From positions 96,001 to 160,000 of IMG/VR virus record IMGVR_UViG_3300043432_000485: a stretch of DNA of 64,000 bases; one strand, given 5' to 3'. The stretch comes from a virus (taxonomy: Duplodnaviria > Caudoviricetes). A program made the translations under genes and the position numbers. Below the pieces are notes generated by a model. It saw nothing but the letters and a program-made list of their open reading frames with translations, had not been told where the DNA came from and did no database searches. The first letter of the stretch is position 1. Each line of letters opens with the position of its first letter. Shown here piece by piece: positions 63,697 through 64,000 of this stretch.

Positions 63697-64000
63697 TTAC
63701 CTTCTGAAGGGGGTCGTTGGGGTACGGGGTCTGACATTCAAAGGCACCGCATTCGTGGTATCCCGATCTGTAGTGGAGACTTCCGACGAAACCCCCTCCG
63801 AACCGATCATGCCCCACCTATCCAAAAACTGTTCCGTACGCTCGTCCGGAGCCTCCGGATGAACCTGTGCGCGTGAGGCGGCCTGTGCCTGTAGTTGCTT
63901 CCTCCGAGCGATGCGCTCCATCACCTGTGCCTGGGTAAGCCCTTCTATAGATGAAGTGCCGACAACCGAGTGATCACCAAACTGCGCAGCACTTCCTTTC
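63697..64000 (-). CDS. C-terminal part of a probable tail assembly chaperone; starts outside the window
   Basis: The track's 75-aa frame is open to the window end (KGSAAQFGDHSVVGTSSIEGLTQAQVMERIA...). The function is inferred only from its position before the tape measure gene. Confidence 0.45.
   Translation of the reverse strand, partial: KGSAAQFGDHSVVGTSSIEGLTQAQVMERIARRKQLQAQAASRAQVHPEAPDERTEQFLDRWGMIGSEGVSSEVSTTDRDTTNAVPLNVRPRTPTTPFRR

Noticed and set aside
1-64000. Plus-strand ORFs in the track (e.g. 11743..12477, 22986..23564, 56113..56856, 3457..4053)
   Set aside because: All lie antisense to long motif-bearing minus-strand genes, lack recognisable motifs, and are the expected shadows of GC-rich codon usage.
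1-64000. Stop-codon reassignment (alternative genetic code)
   Set aside because: TAG, TGA and TAA all end genes right at the next start, and known domains are uninterrupted under the standard code.
63691-64000. Programmed frameshift in the tail assembly chaperone
   Set aside because: No slippery heptamer is visible here and the relevant region is outside the window.
1-64000. tRNA, rRNA or structured ncRNA genes
   Set aside because: No intergenic gap exceeds about 90 nt and none shows cloverleaf or T-loop signatures.

Overview
This window is a gap-free, single-strand (all minus) segment of a large contractile-tailed (myovirus-type, probably jumbo) dsDNA phage genome, read with the standard bacterial code. 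In transcription order (64000 to 1) it holds: the end of a probable tail assembly chaperone; a tape measure protein; two tube-initiator-like paralogues, one carrying a lytic-transglycosylase domain; baseplate hub; spike; a three-fold-repeat protein that may cap the spike; several very large baseplate/fibre proteins; gp25-, J- and I-like wedge proteins; an HExxH metallopeptidase; a four-module lectin-like fibre; two paralogous fibre-anchor proteins flanking a beta-helix tailspike; an accessory block (canonical SpeD, a secreted Gly-linker glycoside hydrolase, a tandem HNH); a membrane/lysis-like cluster ending in an outer-membrane beta-strand protein; a divergent SpeD-like decarboxylase; a J-domain protein; and a replication operon (SNF2, degenerate DnaC-like loader, DnaB, stand-alone primase zinc finger, start of a PolA-type polymerase). 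Six free-standing homing endonucleases sit between genes. No capsid or terminase genes, tRNA, rRNA, CRISPR array or reverse transcriptase are visible. The strongest leads are the ATPase-dead loader plus J-domain replication module, the non-lipoprotein spanin-like cluster, the two SpeD paralogues, the secreted hydrolase and the pseudo-trimeric spike-tip candidate. All assignments come from motif recognition by eye; no database search was run.
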